Shown here piece by piece: positions 7,228-15,715 of a DNA stretch of 16,867 nt. The DNA lies in assembly GCA_041288095.1 (NCBI GenBank), contig JBGGMJ010000002.1, forward strand, positions 1-16,867, in the 5' to 3' direction. How positions within the stretch are numbered: position 1 is the stretch's first letter; each line of letters starts with the position of its first letter. The notes beneath the pieces were generated by a model. That model saw only the letters and a program-made list of their open reading frames with translations, was not told the DNA's origin and did not search any database. The position numbers were made by a program, and so were the translations under genes. The stretch is from Myxococcota bacterium. Its GTDB lineage: Bacteria; Myxococcota; XYA12-FULL-58-9; JALHOP01.

Positions 7228-8751
7228 ATGCGTACTTCCGCCTTGTCCTGCGCCGTGCTCGGCGCTTTCGTTCTGTTTACGAGCTTCGCCTGCAACAAAG
7301 AAGATCCAAACAGCTCGGCCTACTGGCTCGGGAAGGCGAAGGATCCGAAGGAACGCTCCGAAGCCCTTCGCCAGATCGGACGTCTTGGCAAGACGAGCGA
7401 TTCATCCGTGGTGAAGAAGGTGCTCGGCTACCTTCAAGAAGAAGGTGAATGGCAGCCGGACGCCGCCTACGCCTTGGGCGAGCTTGGCGACAAGAGCGTG
7501 AGCCAAGAGCTCGTGAAGCAAATCGACTTCAACGCCAACCCGAACGATCGCTTCGGCCGCGTGAAGACCTCGACCAACCAAGCCATCGCCCGCGCGCTGG
7601 CCCGGCTGCGCTCCGCCGACGGTGTCGACCCGCTCGTCCGGCTCGCCGCCCGTGCCGATGACCGCACGCGTGAGACCGCGATACGGGCGCTGGGCGACCT
7701 CGGCGACAAGAGCGCGACCGACCCGCTCCTCGGCTTCTTGAGCCCCGAAACTCCCGCGCCGCTCGCGCGAACAGCGGTGTCGGCGCTCGGCGCCCTGCGC
7801 GACGGCAAGGCCGCGCCGCGTCTCGTCGTCATGCTCTACGAGGAGCGCGGCGAAATGACTTTTTATGACGAGGCGCGCTTCGCTCTCATCCAGATCGGTG
7901 AGCCCGCGGTGCAGGTGCTGACCCAGACCATCGAGCGCAAGAACGATCAGGTCGAGAAGCTCAAGCTCGCCAACGGCAAGACCTTGCCGGAGGGCGCTGT
8001 CGAGGCGCGCGCCGGCTCGGTGCTCGGCGCCATGCGCGCCAAGTCGGCCGAGGGTGTGCTGATCGCCACGCTCGGAAAGCTCTACGGCAAGTACAAGCAA
8101 GCCAAGGACGACAACATGGCCGGTGCGGTCGTCGAGCTGGCGTACGCGCTCGGCTACCTGGGCACGCCCGAGGCCGCCAAAGCGTTGCATCCGCTCGCCG
8201 AGGACACCGATCTCGCGATTCGCGTCGCGGCCGTCGAGGCGCTCACCGCTTCCGGCGACATGAGCGCCCTGCCGGTGCTCGTGAAGGCGACGCAGACCGG
8301 CGGCGACGATGCCCGCCGCGCCGCCATCGTCGCGGTCACGCGCCTGGGTGACGCCTCGCACCTCGAGAGCTTCGCGACGCTGGCCAAGGACGAGCAACTC
8401 GCCGCCAGCGTCCAAGACGACAAGGTGCGCCTCGAGGCCGCCGCGCAGTGCAAGGCGGACTCCGCTTGCTGGCGCGGCAAGCTCGCCGACGCCAACCCAC
8501 GGGTGCGCGAGCGCGCCGCCTACCAGCTCGGCTGGGCCGGCGATAAGGCCGCCAAGGACGTCCTCATGAAGAGCGCCGAAGACAGCGTGCCCGAAGTGCG
8601 CTTCGCTTCGGTCCTGTCGCTCGAGCGCTTGGGCGCGGTCGACGCGAAGTTGTTGCGGGCCATTCAGGAGCGCGCCGGGGACCGCATGGAGTACCGCGCG
8701 GTCAATGCGGAGATCGCTCGCGTCCTCGCGGCGAGCCGCGAGACGAACTAA
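7228..8751 (+). CDS. HEAT-repeat lipoprotein
   Basis: MRTSALSCAVLGAFVLFTSFA-C lipobox. Many HEAT units (AAYALGELGD, TRETAIRALGDLGD, IRVAAVEAL, RVRERAAYQLG, EVRFASVLSLERLG). Confidence 0.88.
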   Translation: MRTSALSCAVLGAFVLFTSFACNKEDPNSSAYWLGKAKDPKERSEALRQIGRLGKTSDSSVVKKVLGYLQEEGEWQPDAAYALGELGDKSVSQELVKQIDFNANPNDRFGRVKTSTNQAIARALARLRSADGVDPLVRLAARADDRTRETAIRALGDLGDKSATDPLLGFLSPETPAPLARTAVSALGALRDGKAAPRLVVMLYEERGEMTFYDEARFALIQIGEPAVQVLTQTIERKNDQVEKLKLANGKTLPEGAVEARAGSVLGAMRAKSAEGVLIATLGKLYGKYKQAKDDNMAGAVVELAYALGYLGTPEAAKALHPLAEDTDLAIRVAAVEALTASGDMSALPVLVKATQTGGDDARRAAIVAVTRLGDASHLESFATLAKDEQLAASVQDDKVRLEAAAQCKADSACWRGKLADANPRVRERAAYQLGWAGDKAAKDVLMKSAEDSVPEVRFASVLSLERLGAVDAKLLRAIQERAGDRMEYRAVNAEIARVLAASRETN

Positions 8752-8756
8752 GGAAC

Positions 8757-8775
8757 GGGCGCCGCGTGGGCGCCC
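8757..8775. terminator. GC hairpin between convergent genes (possible bidirectional terminator)
   Basis: GGGCGCC-GCGTG-GGCGCCC, 5-6 nt from both stop codons. No clear U-tract. Confidence 0.45.
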
Positions 8776-8781
8776 CCGCCT

Positions 8782-9360
8782 TTAGACCGAGCGCTTGGGC
8801 TCGACGAAGCCGCGGACACCACCAACGACGGCACCGGTCGCCATCGTACCGGTGAGCGCCGCCAAGACATCGGCGCCGAAGCCCTTCGTATTGCTGACCG
8901 TCGCCAAGATGTTCATCACCGGAATGTCGCCGAGGTGAACCCCGAGCTCGCCGAAGGCCCAAGCGCCGATGGCCGAGATGATCGAGACACCGACGAAGTT
9001 GCGCAGCGGATAGAGCAGGCCGTCCGCGAAGCCACCCAAGCGGTCGCTGACCGTTGGCGACTCGATGCGAACCCGCGTTGGGGCGATCTCGCGGCCGTTC
9101 AGAGCCGCGATTGCCGACGCCTTGTCGTCATCGAACGTGAAGGTATCGGCGATGACTTTGGCGGCCCCGGCCTTGTCGGCGATCTGCGGAGCGAGCGAGA
9201 GCACGATCGAAACCTTGTCGTCGTCGAAGGTGACCTCGCTCAAGATCTCGCGAAGCTGGGCCGCGGTCACGGTGCCCTGGGGCAGGACGCCCGGCTCCGC
9301 CGAGGCGGTGAGTGGGGAGCGGACTTGGAGACTAACTTTCGTCGTGACTACCGGTTCCAT
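8782..9360 (-). CDS. DUF4476-like domain protein with C-terminal hydrophobic Gly-rich helices (192 aa)
   Basis: GAGGA precedes the ATG at 9360. TAAQLREILSEVTFDDDKVSIVLSLAPQIADK...VIADTFTFDDDK resembles DUF4476. C-terminal FVGVSIISAIGAWAFG and VLAALTGTMATGAVVGG segments. Confidence 0.7.
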   Translation of the reverse strand: MEPVVTTKVSLQVRSPLTASAEPGVLPQGTVTAAQLREILSEVTFDDDKVSIVLSLAPQIADKAGAAKVIADTFTFDDDKASAIAALNGREIAPTRVRIESPTVSDRLGGFADGLLYPLRNFVGVSIISAIGAWAFGELGVHLGDIPVMNILATVSNTKGFGADVLAALTGTMATGAVVGGVRGFVEPKRSV

Positions 9361-9504
9361 GGAAATTCCTCGAGGCGTAGCAAGTGGCAATTGGCGTTGA
9401 CTGTGTTGCGTTTTCGGTCGCCCCCGGCGGAAGTTTCTCCCCCTGACAGTGCCGCAGTGGCGGCATCGAGCCGACCCTTTCGCGGGTCGTGTACGGCCGT
9501 CTGC

Positions 9505-10278
9505 ATGAGCATCTTCGCGCGCTTGCGTGAGGACGCGCTCGACACCGGGCGCGCCGTTCTCGACGCTGTTTACCCCGCCCACTGTGTTTGCGCGCCGGAC
9601 GAGCCGCTGGCGACGCGGCCTGCTTTCGGCCTCTGCGACGTCTGCGTCGCGAACCTCGAGCCCAACGGCGGCCAGCGCTGCGCGGTCTGTGATCACCCCG
9701 GTGGGCGTTGCTGCGCGCCGGGAAGTGATCTGCGGATGCGGGCGCCCTACCTCTACAGCGGCCCGCTCACCGACGCCGTCCACGCCATCAAGTTCGGCGG
9801 ACGCGACGACTTGGCGCGAGGCCTCGGCCGCCTGTTGGCGGAGCACCCCGACATCGGCACCCTGGCCCGCGAGTGCGACCAATGCGTCCCGGTGCCGCTG
9901 TCGACCGCGCGTGCGCGGCAGCGCGGTTACAACCAGAGCGCTATCTTGGCCCGGGCCGTCGCCCGTGCCCTCGGCATGCCGGTCCGCCATGACCTACGCC
10001 GAACCCGCGATACCGCTCCGCAGCACACGCTCGATGCAATCCAGCGGGGGAGCAACGTCCGCGACGCCTTCGACGTGAAGGGCCCTGTCATCGGATCGGT
10101 GCTCCTGATCGACGACGTCATTACCTCGGGTGAAACCGTCCGCGCCGCTGCCCGTGCGCTGCTCGACGCCGGGGCCCATCGCGTCGTGGCCATCGCGCTC
10201 GGCCGAACACCACGCGCCGTCATCTCAGCGCCGGCATTTTCGCGGGCTCCTCGCGGTTTCCCGAACGCGGCCCCCTGA
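9505..10278 (+). CDS. comF: ComF family protein (zinc ribbon + phosphoribosyltransferase-like domain)
   Basis: YPAHC, CDVC and CAVC zinc-ribbon cysteines, VPVPLS...RQRGYNQS, and the VLLIDDVITSGETV PRPP-binding motif. Confidence 0.92.
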   Translation: MSIFARLREDALDTGRAVLDAVYPAHCVCAPDEPLATRPAFGLCDVCVANLEPNGGQRCAVCDHPGGRCCAPGSDLRMRAPYLYSGPLTDAVHAIKFGGRDDLARGLGRLLAEHPDIGTLARECDQCVPVPLSTARARQRGYNQSAILARAVARALGMPVRHDLRRTRDTAPQHTLDAIQRGSNVRDAFDVKGPVIGSVLLIDDVITSGETVRAAARALLDAGAHRVVAIALGRTPRAVISAPAFSRAPRGFPNAAP

Positions 10279-10327
10279 GAAGGCCGCAGAATTGCGCTTC
10301 TGCCCCGTGGCTGCGATAAAACCGGCC

Positions 10328-11551
10328 ATGTCCGTAGCTTCGGGGATTCGACCGACGGCGGTTACCGTCGATCTCCAGGCGTTGCGCACCAACGCCGCGA
10401 CGTTACAGCGCCGTGGTGGCGGTCACCCATTGTGCGCGGTCGTCAAAGCGGATGCTTATGGCCACGGAGCCGTCGCGGTGGCGCGCGAGCTCGAGCTGGC
10501 GGGCGCCGCCTTTCTCGGTGTCACGCTGGTCGAAGAGGGCGTGGCTCTACGCGACGCCGGCATTCGCGCTCCCATCCTCGTCTTGGGTGGCGCTTTCGGC
10601 TCGCAGGGCTTTGCGGCGGTGGTCGAGCAGCGCCTGACACCGGTCATCTGGCGCGCCGATCACTTGGCCGAGCTCGCCGCCGCCGCGCGCGGCTCCGGCA
10701 TCGCCTATCACCTGAAGGTCGACACCGGCATGGCGCGCCTGGGCGCTCAAGCGGACGAGCTCGCGGCTTTCCTCGCCGCCGCCAAGGACACGCCCCAGCT
10801 CAAGCTCGACGGTTTCATGTCGCACTTCGCGAGCGCCGACGTCGTCGGTGATCCGAAGAACGTAGAGCAAGTAGCGAGCTACACGTCCGCTATAGCGCAA
10901 GTACGGCAGCAGGGCTTTTCGCCCCGCTGGCTGCACTTCGCGAACACCCCCGCTCTCCTCACCGGCGTCCACGGCGGCGCCCACACCTTGCTGCGCCCGG
11001 GCGGCGGCCTTTACGGGCTCGATACCCGCGACAAGCACGCCGGCGACGACCCGCTCCAGCCCATCTTGCGCTGGGCGACCAAGCCGATCCACGTGAAGCA
11101 CGTCCCGGCCGGCACCACCGTGAGCTACGGCGCGCGCTGGACCGCCAAGCGCGACAGCATCGTCGCGACCTTGCCCGTGGGCTACGCCGACGGTTACCCG
11201 CGCATCATGACCGGCAAGGCCAAGGTGCTGGTCAAAGGCGAGCTTGCGCCGGTGGTCGGCACCATCTGCATGGACCTTTGCCTCGCCGACGTGACCGACA
11301 TCCCCGGCGTGGCCGATGACGACGAGGTCGTGCTCATCGGCGAGCAAGGCAACCGACGCCTCAGCGCGGACGATCTCGCGGGCTGGGCCGGCACCATCTC
11401 GTATGAGATCACCTGCGGCATCGGCCCGCGCGTGCCGCGCCGCTACCTGGCCTCGAGCGCCATCACGACCTCTCCGGGCACGTCGACCAGCGGTACGTCG
11501 ACGACAACCATGCGCGCCCAACCTCTCGCCGCCCAGGGGCACGACGCGTGA
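10328..11551 (+). CDS. alr: Alanine racemase
   Basis: AVVKADAYGHG (PLP lysine), HLKVDTGMARLG, MSHFASAD, VSYG (catalytic Tyr), PVGYADGYPR, GTICMD, GTISYEITC. Confidence 0.97.
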   Translation: MSVASGIRPTAVTVDLQALRTNAATLQRRGGGHPLCAVVKADAYGHGAVAVARELELAGAAFLGVTLVEEGVALRDAGIRAPILVLGGAFGSQGFAAVVEQRLTPVIWRADHLAELAAAARGSGIAYHLKVDTGMARLGAQADELAAFLAAAKDTPQLKLDGFMSHFASADVVGDPKNVEQVASYTSAIAQVRQQGFSPRWLHFANTPALLTGVHGGAHTLLRPGGGLYGLDTRDKHAGDDPLQPILRWATKPIHVKHVPAGTTVSYGARWTAKRDSIVATLPVGYADGYPRIMTGKAKVLVKGELAPVVGTICMDLCLADVTDIPGVADDDEVVLIGEQGNRRLSADDLAGWAGTISYEITCGIGPRVPRRYLASSAITTSPGTSTSGTSTTTMRAQPLAAQGHDA

Positions 11552-12393
11552 GCTCGTCGTCGGTTCTCGAGCGCTTGAACGACAATCCCATCGCGCGCCC
11601 GTTCGTCGCGCTCGGCAACGGCGCGATCAACAGCCTCACCGAGCTCGGGCTCGTGATTCAGTTCTTCGCGAGTGCCGTCCTCATGGCGTTTCGTCCGCCA
11701 TTCCGCGTCAACCTGCTGCTCAATCAGATGGAATTCGTGGGCGTCGGCTCACTCTTCATCATCATGCTCACCGGCACGTTCACGGGCGCGGTGTTCACCT
11801 TGCAGACGGTCAACGGCCTCGCCCAGTTCAACCTCGAGAGCGTCGTCGGCACCACCGTCATGATCGGCGTTACCCGTGAGCTCGCGCCCGTCTTGACCGC
11901 TTTGATGGTCACCGGCCGTGTCGCCAGCGCCATGGCCACCGAGCTCGGCACCATGCGCGTCACCGAGCAGATCGATGCCATGGAGGTCATGGCGGTGAAC
12001 CCGGTGCAGTATCTGGCTTCACCGCGGATCTTGGCGTCCGCCATCATGGTGCCCTGCCTGTCGATGCTCTTCGTGAGCGTCGCGTACGCTGGGGCGTACA
12101 TCATGGCCGTCCCGGTCCTCGGCATCGACGAAGGCGCGTACATCTCGCGCATCCAGGAATACGTCGCCGCTTACGACGTCATGCACGGCTTCTACAAGTC
12201 GATCATCCTCGGTATCTTGTTGGCCACGGTCGGCTGCTACAAGGGCTACCACGCCGCCGGTGGGGCCCGCGGTGTCGGCAACGCGACCACTCAAGCCGTG
12301 GTCATCAGCTCGATCTCGGTGTTCGTCCTCGACTACGTGCTCTCCGCGTTGCTCATGAAGTTCGAGCCGACCTACAACGCGGTGTCGTATTGA
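11548..12393 (+). CDS. mlaE: MlaE-family ABC transporter permease
   Basis: RELAPVLTALMVTGRVASAMATELGTMRVTEQIDAMEVM, GGARGVGNATTQAVV. GTGA overlap with the alr stop. Confidence 0.95.
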   Translation: MSSSSVLERLNDNPIARPFVALGNGAINSLTELGLVIQFFASAVLMAFRPPFRVNLLLNQMEFVGVGSLFIIMLTGTFTGAVFTLQTVNGLAQFNLESVVGTTVMIGVTRELAPVLTALMVTGRVASAMATELGTMRVTEQIDAMEVMAVNPVQYLASPRILASAIMVPCLSMLFVSVAYAGAYIMAVPVLGIDEGAYISRIQEYVAAYDVMHGFYKSIILGILLATVGCYKGYHAAGGARGVGNATTQAVVISSISVFVLDYVLSALLMKFEPTYNAVSY

Positions 12394-13169
12394 TGACCGA
12401 CACAACCGCGGTCAGCACCCCGGAGACGCCGTACGCCATCGAGGTGAAGAACGTTTACAAGTCGTTCGGGCCGAACCCCGTGCTCAAGAACGTCAGCCTC
12501 AAGGTCCGTCGCGGCAAGACGCGGGTCATCTTGGGCCCTTCGGGCTCCGGCAAGACCGTGATCATGAAGCACATGATCGGGCTCTTGAAACCGGATAGTG
12601 GCGCCATTCTGGTGGATGGCGTGGACATCACCAAGTTGCCGCACGACGAGCTTTTGAATGTGCGCCGAAAGTTCGGCATGGTATTCCAACAAGCCGCCCT
12701 CTTTGACTCGATGACCGTTGGCGAAAACGTCTCTTTTCCTTTGCGTGAGCACAGCGTGCTCTCGAAGGACGCCATCGCCGAAAAAGTGCGCGAGAAGCTC
12801 GGCGTCGTCGACCTCAAGAACATCGAGCACAAATACCCGGCGGAGCTCTCGGGCGGCATGCGCAAGCGTGTCGGCTTGGCCCGCGCCATCGTCCTCGAGC
12901 CGAGCATCGTGCTCTACGATGAGCCGACGACGGGCCTCGACCCGCTCACCACCGACAGCGTCGACAAGATGATCCTCGACGCCTCGAAGCGCTTGAACGT
13001 CACCAGCGTCGTCATCTCGCACGACGTCGGCAGTGCCTTGCTCGTCGCGGACGACATCGCCGTGATTCACGAGGGGGTCATCGTCGAAGACGTACCGGCC
13101 AAGGAGATTCGTGCCAGCACGCATCCCTTCGTGCGCGAGTTCCTGCATACTTGGTTTCGGAAGCAATGA
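12393..13169 (+). CDS. mlaF: MlaF-family ABC transporter ATP-binding protein
   Basis: Walker A GPSGSGKT, FQQAALFDSMTV, signature LSGGMRKRVGLARA, YDEPTTGLDP, SHD. TGATG overlap with mlaE. Confidence 0.95.
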   Translation: MTDTTAVSTPETPYAIEVKNVYKSFGPNPVLKNVSLKVRRGKTRVILGPSGSGKTVIMKHMIGLLKPDSGAILVDGVDITKLPHDELLNVRRKFGMVFQQAALFDSMTVGENVSFPLREHSVLSKDAIAEKVREKLGVVDLKNIEHKYPAELSGGMRKRVGLARAIVLEPSIVLYDEPTTGLDPLTTDSVDKMILDASKRLNVTSVVISHDVGSALLVADDIAVIHEGVIVEDVPAKEIRASTHPFVREFLHTWFRKQ

Positions 13170-14719
13170 ACGCTCGCACCCCCCTCCTCGTAGGTCTCGT
13201 CATCGTCGCCGCGGTGGTGGCGCTCACGTTCTTCTTGACGCAATCGAGCAACGGCAAGCTCGACAAAGCGAAGAGCTACGTCCTCTACGGCGACTTCTCC
13301 GACGCGGCGGGCATTCGCTGGAAGACGCGCGTGCAGGTGAACGGCCTCGACGTCGGTCGCATCGAGGGCATCGAGCACGTCCGCGATAGCGACGGTCGTT
13401 TGCTGGCGCGCGTCCAGCTGCGCATCGACAAGAAGTACGACGTCTACGAGAACGCCTTCCTGAGAAAAGTCGCGGAGTCGCTGCTCGGTGATTTCCGTCT
13501 CGACCTCGATCCGGGCACGCCCGGCCACAGGAAGCTCGAAGAGGGCGAGGTCATCCCCAACGTCCAGAGCACGTCGGACCTCGAGGCCATCCAGTCCGAG
13601 CTGCGCCAGGTCGCCACCAACGTCAATCGCGTCACCGATAGCGTCGCCAAGGTCCTGGCTGGTCCCGAAGGCGAAGGCGCGCTCCGGCAAATTCTCGCCT
13701 CTGTCGAGCGATCCGTCATCGCGGTCGAGCAGACCACGTATGCGGTCCGCGAAACCGTACAGAGCAACCAGGCGCTCGTGAATCAAATGATCGCCGACGT
13801 GCACCGGTTCACCGGGACGTTGTCCGACGTCAGCGGCCGCGAGGGCGAGATCCGCCAGATCACCGGCAACCTCGCGCAGCTCACCGAGCGCTTGAATACG
13901 CTGGCGGGCAAGCTCGCCGAGGGCGAAGAGGGCGGCGAGCTCACCGAGACCGTCAAGAATCTGCGCGAGACGACCGAGAACCTGGCATCGGCGACGCGCA
14001 AGATCGATCAAGGCCAGGGCACCGTCGGCCGCTTGGTCAACGACAGCGAGCTCGTCGACAGTGTTCAGGAGACGGTCGACGGCGCCAACACGCTGATTGG
14101 CTCGCTGGCGCGCTTGCAGACGCAGGTCGAGCTGCGCACAGAATACATCGTCCCGTTCAACGGCAACTCGCAGTACGTCGACTCGGGCGTGCGCACGTCG
14201 CTCGGCCTTCGCCTCATTCCGCGACCCGACAAGTACTACCTCATCGAGGCGGTGTCCGACGTGCGCGGCGATCAATCACGCCATCAGATTTCGCGCGAGT
14301 TCCGCGACGGCCGCACGGGAGAGCTCATCCGCAGCGAGACCGAGGACAACGCCGACACCAACTACCGCGCCTTGAAGTTCTCGGTGCAATTCGCCAAGCG
14401 CTACTACTTCTCGACCCTGCGCTTCGGCATCATCGAGAACACCGGCGGCGTCGGCGCGAACTTCCACTGGTTCAAGGACAAGCTCGAGCTGCGCGTCGAC
14501 ATGTTCGACTTCACGCGGCGCGTTCCCGATCAGGTAAGTGAGCTCGTGAACCCGCGCTTCCGCGCCTTCTTCCTCTATCAGTTCTACGACCACCTGTTCG
14601 CTCAAGCGGGCATCGACGATCCGTTCAACACCGACCTGCGCACCTGGTTCCTCGGCGCGGCGCTGCGCTTCACGGACGAGGACTTGAAGTCGATCATTCC
14701 GTTCGCCCCCGGGCCGTGA
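13166..14719 (+). CDS. mlaD: Long MlaD/MCE-family protein (TM + MCE + helical region + C-terminal beta-rich domain)
   Basis: N-terminal TM. MCE motifs FSDAAGIRWKTRVQVNGLDVGRI and SLLGDFRLDLDPG. Heptad-like helical region with GQGTVGRLVND. Aromatic, alternating beta strands at the C-terminus. ATGA overlap with mlaF. Confidence 0.92.
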   Translation: MNARTPLLVGLVIVAAVVALTFFLTQSSNGKLDKAKSYVLYGDFSDAAGIRWKTRVQVNGLDVGRIEGIEHVRDSDGRLLARVQLRIDKKYDVYENAFLRKVAESLLGDFRLDLDPGTPGHRKLEEGEVIPNVQSTSDLEAIQSELRQVATNVNRVTDSVAKVLAGPEGEGALRQILASVERSVIAVEQTTYAVRETVQSNQALVNQMIADVHRFTGTLSDVSGREGEIRQITGNLAQLTERLNTLAGKLAEGEEGGELTETVKNLRETTENLASATRKIDQGQGTVGRLVNDSELVDSVQETVDGANTLIGSLARLQTQVELRTEYIVPFNGNSQYVDSGVRTSLGLRLIPRPDKYYLIEAVSDVRGDQSRHQISREFRDGRTGELIRSETEDNADTNYRALKFSVQFAKRYYFSTLRFGIIENTGGVGANFHWFKDKLELRVDMFDFTRRVPDQVSELVNPRFRAFFLYQFYDHLFAQAGIDDPFNTDLRTWFLGAALRFTDEDLKSIIPFAPGP

Positions 14720-14725
14720 GCGCAC

Positions 14726-15211
14726 ATGGACATGCTCATCAAGCTCTACGACCTACCCGCCGCGCCGCCTGCCCTGGCCGCCGGCATCGCGGTGCGTAAA
14801 CCCATCGGGCCCGAGCACGACCTCGTGCGCGCGTGGATCAGCGAGCACTTCAGCCGCGGCTGGGCGAGCGAGGCCGGCGTCGCCCTGGCCAACCGGCCGG
14901 CGAGCCTCTTCATCGCGACGCGCGACGACGCGCTCCTCGGGTTCTGCTGCTACGACGCGACCGCCAAGGCCTTCGTCGGCCCCATTGGGGTGCTCGAAAC
15001 CACGCGTGGCACCGGCGTCGGCGCTCACCTCTTACGAGCGTGTCTCACGGATATGATCGCGGTGGGGTACGGCTACGGCATCGTCGGCTACGTGGGCGCG
15101 GCGGACTTCTTCCGCAAGGTCGCCGGCGCCGTCGAAATCGACGGATCGACGCCCGGGGTCTACGGGGGCATGCTGCGGTTTCCCAAGGGCCCACCGGTTA
15201 GTGACGCGTAG
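14726..15211 (+). CDS. GNAT-family N-acetyltransferase
   Basis: LLGFCCYD, the acetyl-CoA-binding motif GPIGVLETTRGTGVGAHLL, and FFRKVAGA. Confidence 0.85.
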   Translation: MDMLIKLYDLPAAPPALAAGIAVRKPIGPEHDLVRAWISEHFSRGWASEAGVALANRPASLFIATRDDALLGFCCYDATAKAFVGPIGVLETTRGTGVGAHLLRACLTDMIAVGYGYGIVGYVGAADFFRKVAGAVEIDGSTPGVYGGMLRFPKGPPVSDA

Positions 15212-15217
15212 TCACTA
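15199..15217. repeat. Inverted repeat TAGTGAC-GCGTA-GTCACTA overlapping the GNAT stop codon
   Basis: Perfect 7-bp arms at 15199-15205 and 15211-15217. Confidence 0.6.
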
Positions 15218-15241
15218 GGTTTCCGCCGCAACACTTCGGAG

Positions 15242-15272
15242 TCGACGCCGATATAAGACATCGACACCGATA
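15242..15272 (+). repeat. Imperfect direct repeat TCGAC(G/A)CCGATA x2 in an intergenic region
   Basis: Copies at 15242-15253 and 15261-15272, 11/12 identical, 19-bp period. Confidence 0.6.
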
Positions 15273-15289
15273 ATCATGGCGGTTTGTTT

Positions 15290-15700
15290 ATGAGCAGTAC
15301 CCTGAACCCGACCGAAATCACGCGCAAAGCACCCGGCGCCCTGGCTGACGAGCCGAGCCACAGCAAGGCCGACGACCTCCTCAACCTGGTCAACACCATC
15401 GTCGAGAGCCCCCAATACGGCGGCGTCTTCCGCGCCATCGGCCAGCGCTGCACCACCGACGTCGAGGCCTACGTGGGCTTCCCGGCCTACCGCAGCACCG
15501 TCAACGACGGCATCTTCTGCCTCACGCGCCAAGGCTTCTGCGTCATGGAGATCCACGGCGAGAGTAACCTCCGCCTGCGCGACCTCACCATCGACGACCT
15601 CCAGACGCTCGACCCCGAATCGATCTACTGCATGGCCCGCGAAGCCAAGTCGCGCGTCATGAACGGCTTGGTTGGCCGCGCTCGGCGGTCGTTCCACTAA
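15290..15700 (+). CDS. Hypothetical protein (136 aa), apparent paralogue of the downstream gene
   Basis: Very high GC3 codon bias. Aligns by eye with the C-terminal half of 15716..16327. Confidence 0.8.
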   Translation: MSSTLNPTEITRKAPGALADEPSHSKADDLLNLVNTIVESPQYGGVFRAIGQRCTTDVEAYVGFPAYRSTVNDGIFCLTRQGFCVMEIHGESNLRLRDLTIDDLQTLDPESIYCMAREAKSRVMNGLVGRARRSFH

Positions 15701-15715
15701 GATTTGGAGAACGCG

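Noticed and set aside
8782..10278. Apparent 1-kb bidirectional overlap of the 402-aa (-) and 447-aa (+) ORFs
   Set aside because: Each long ORF is a real gene (starts 9360 and 9505) plus the shadow of the other. The true genes are divergent and do not overlap.
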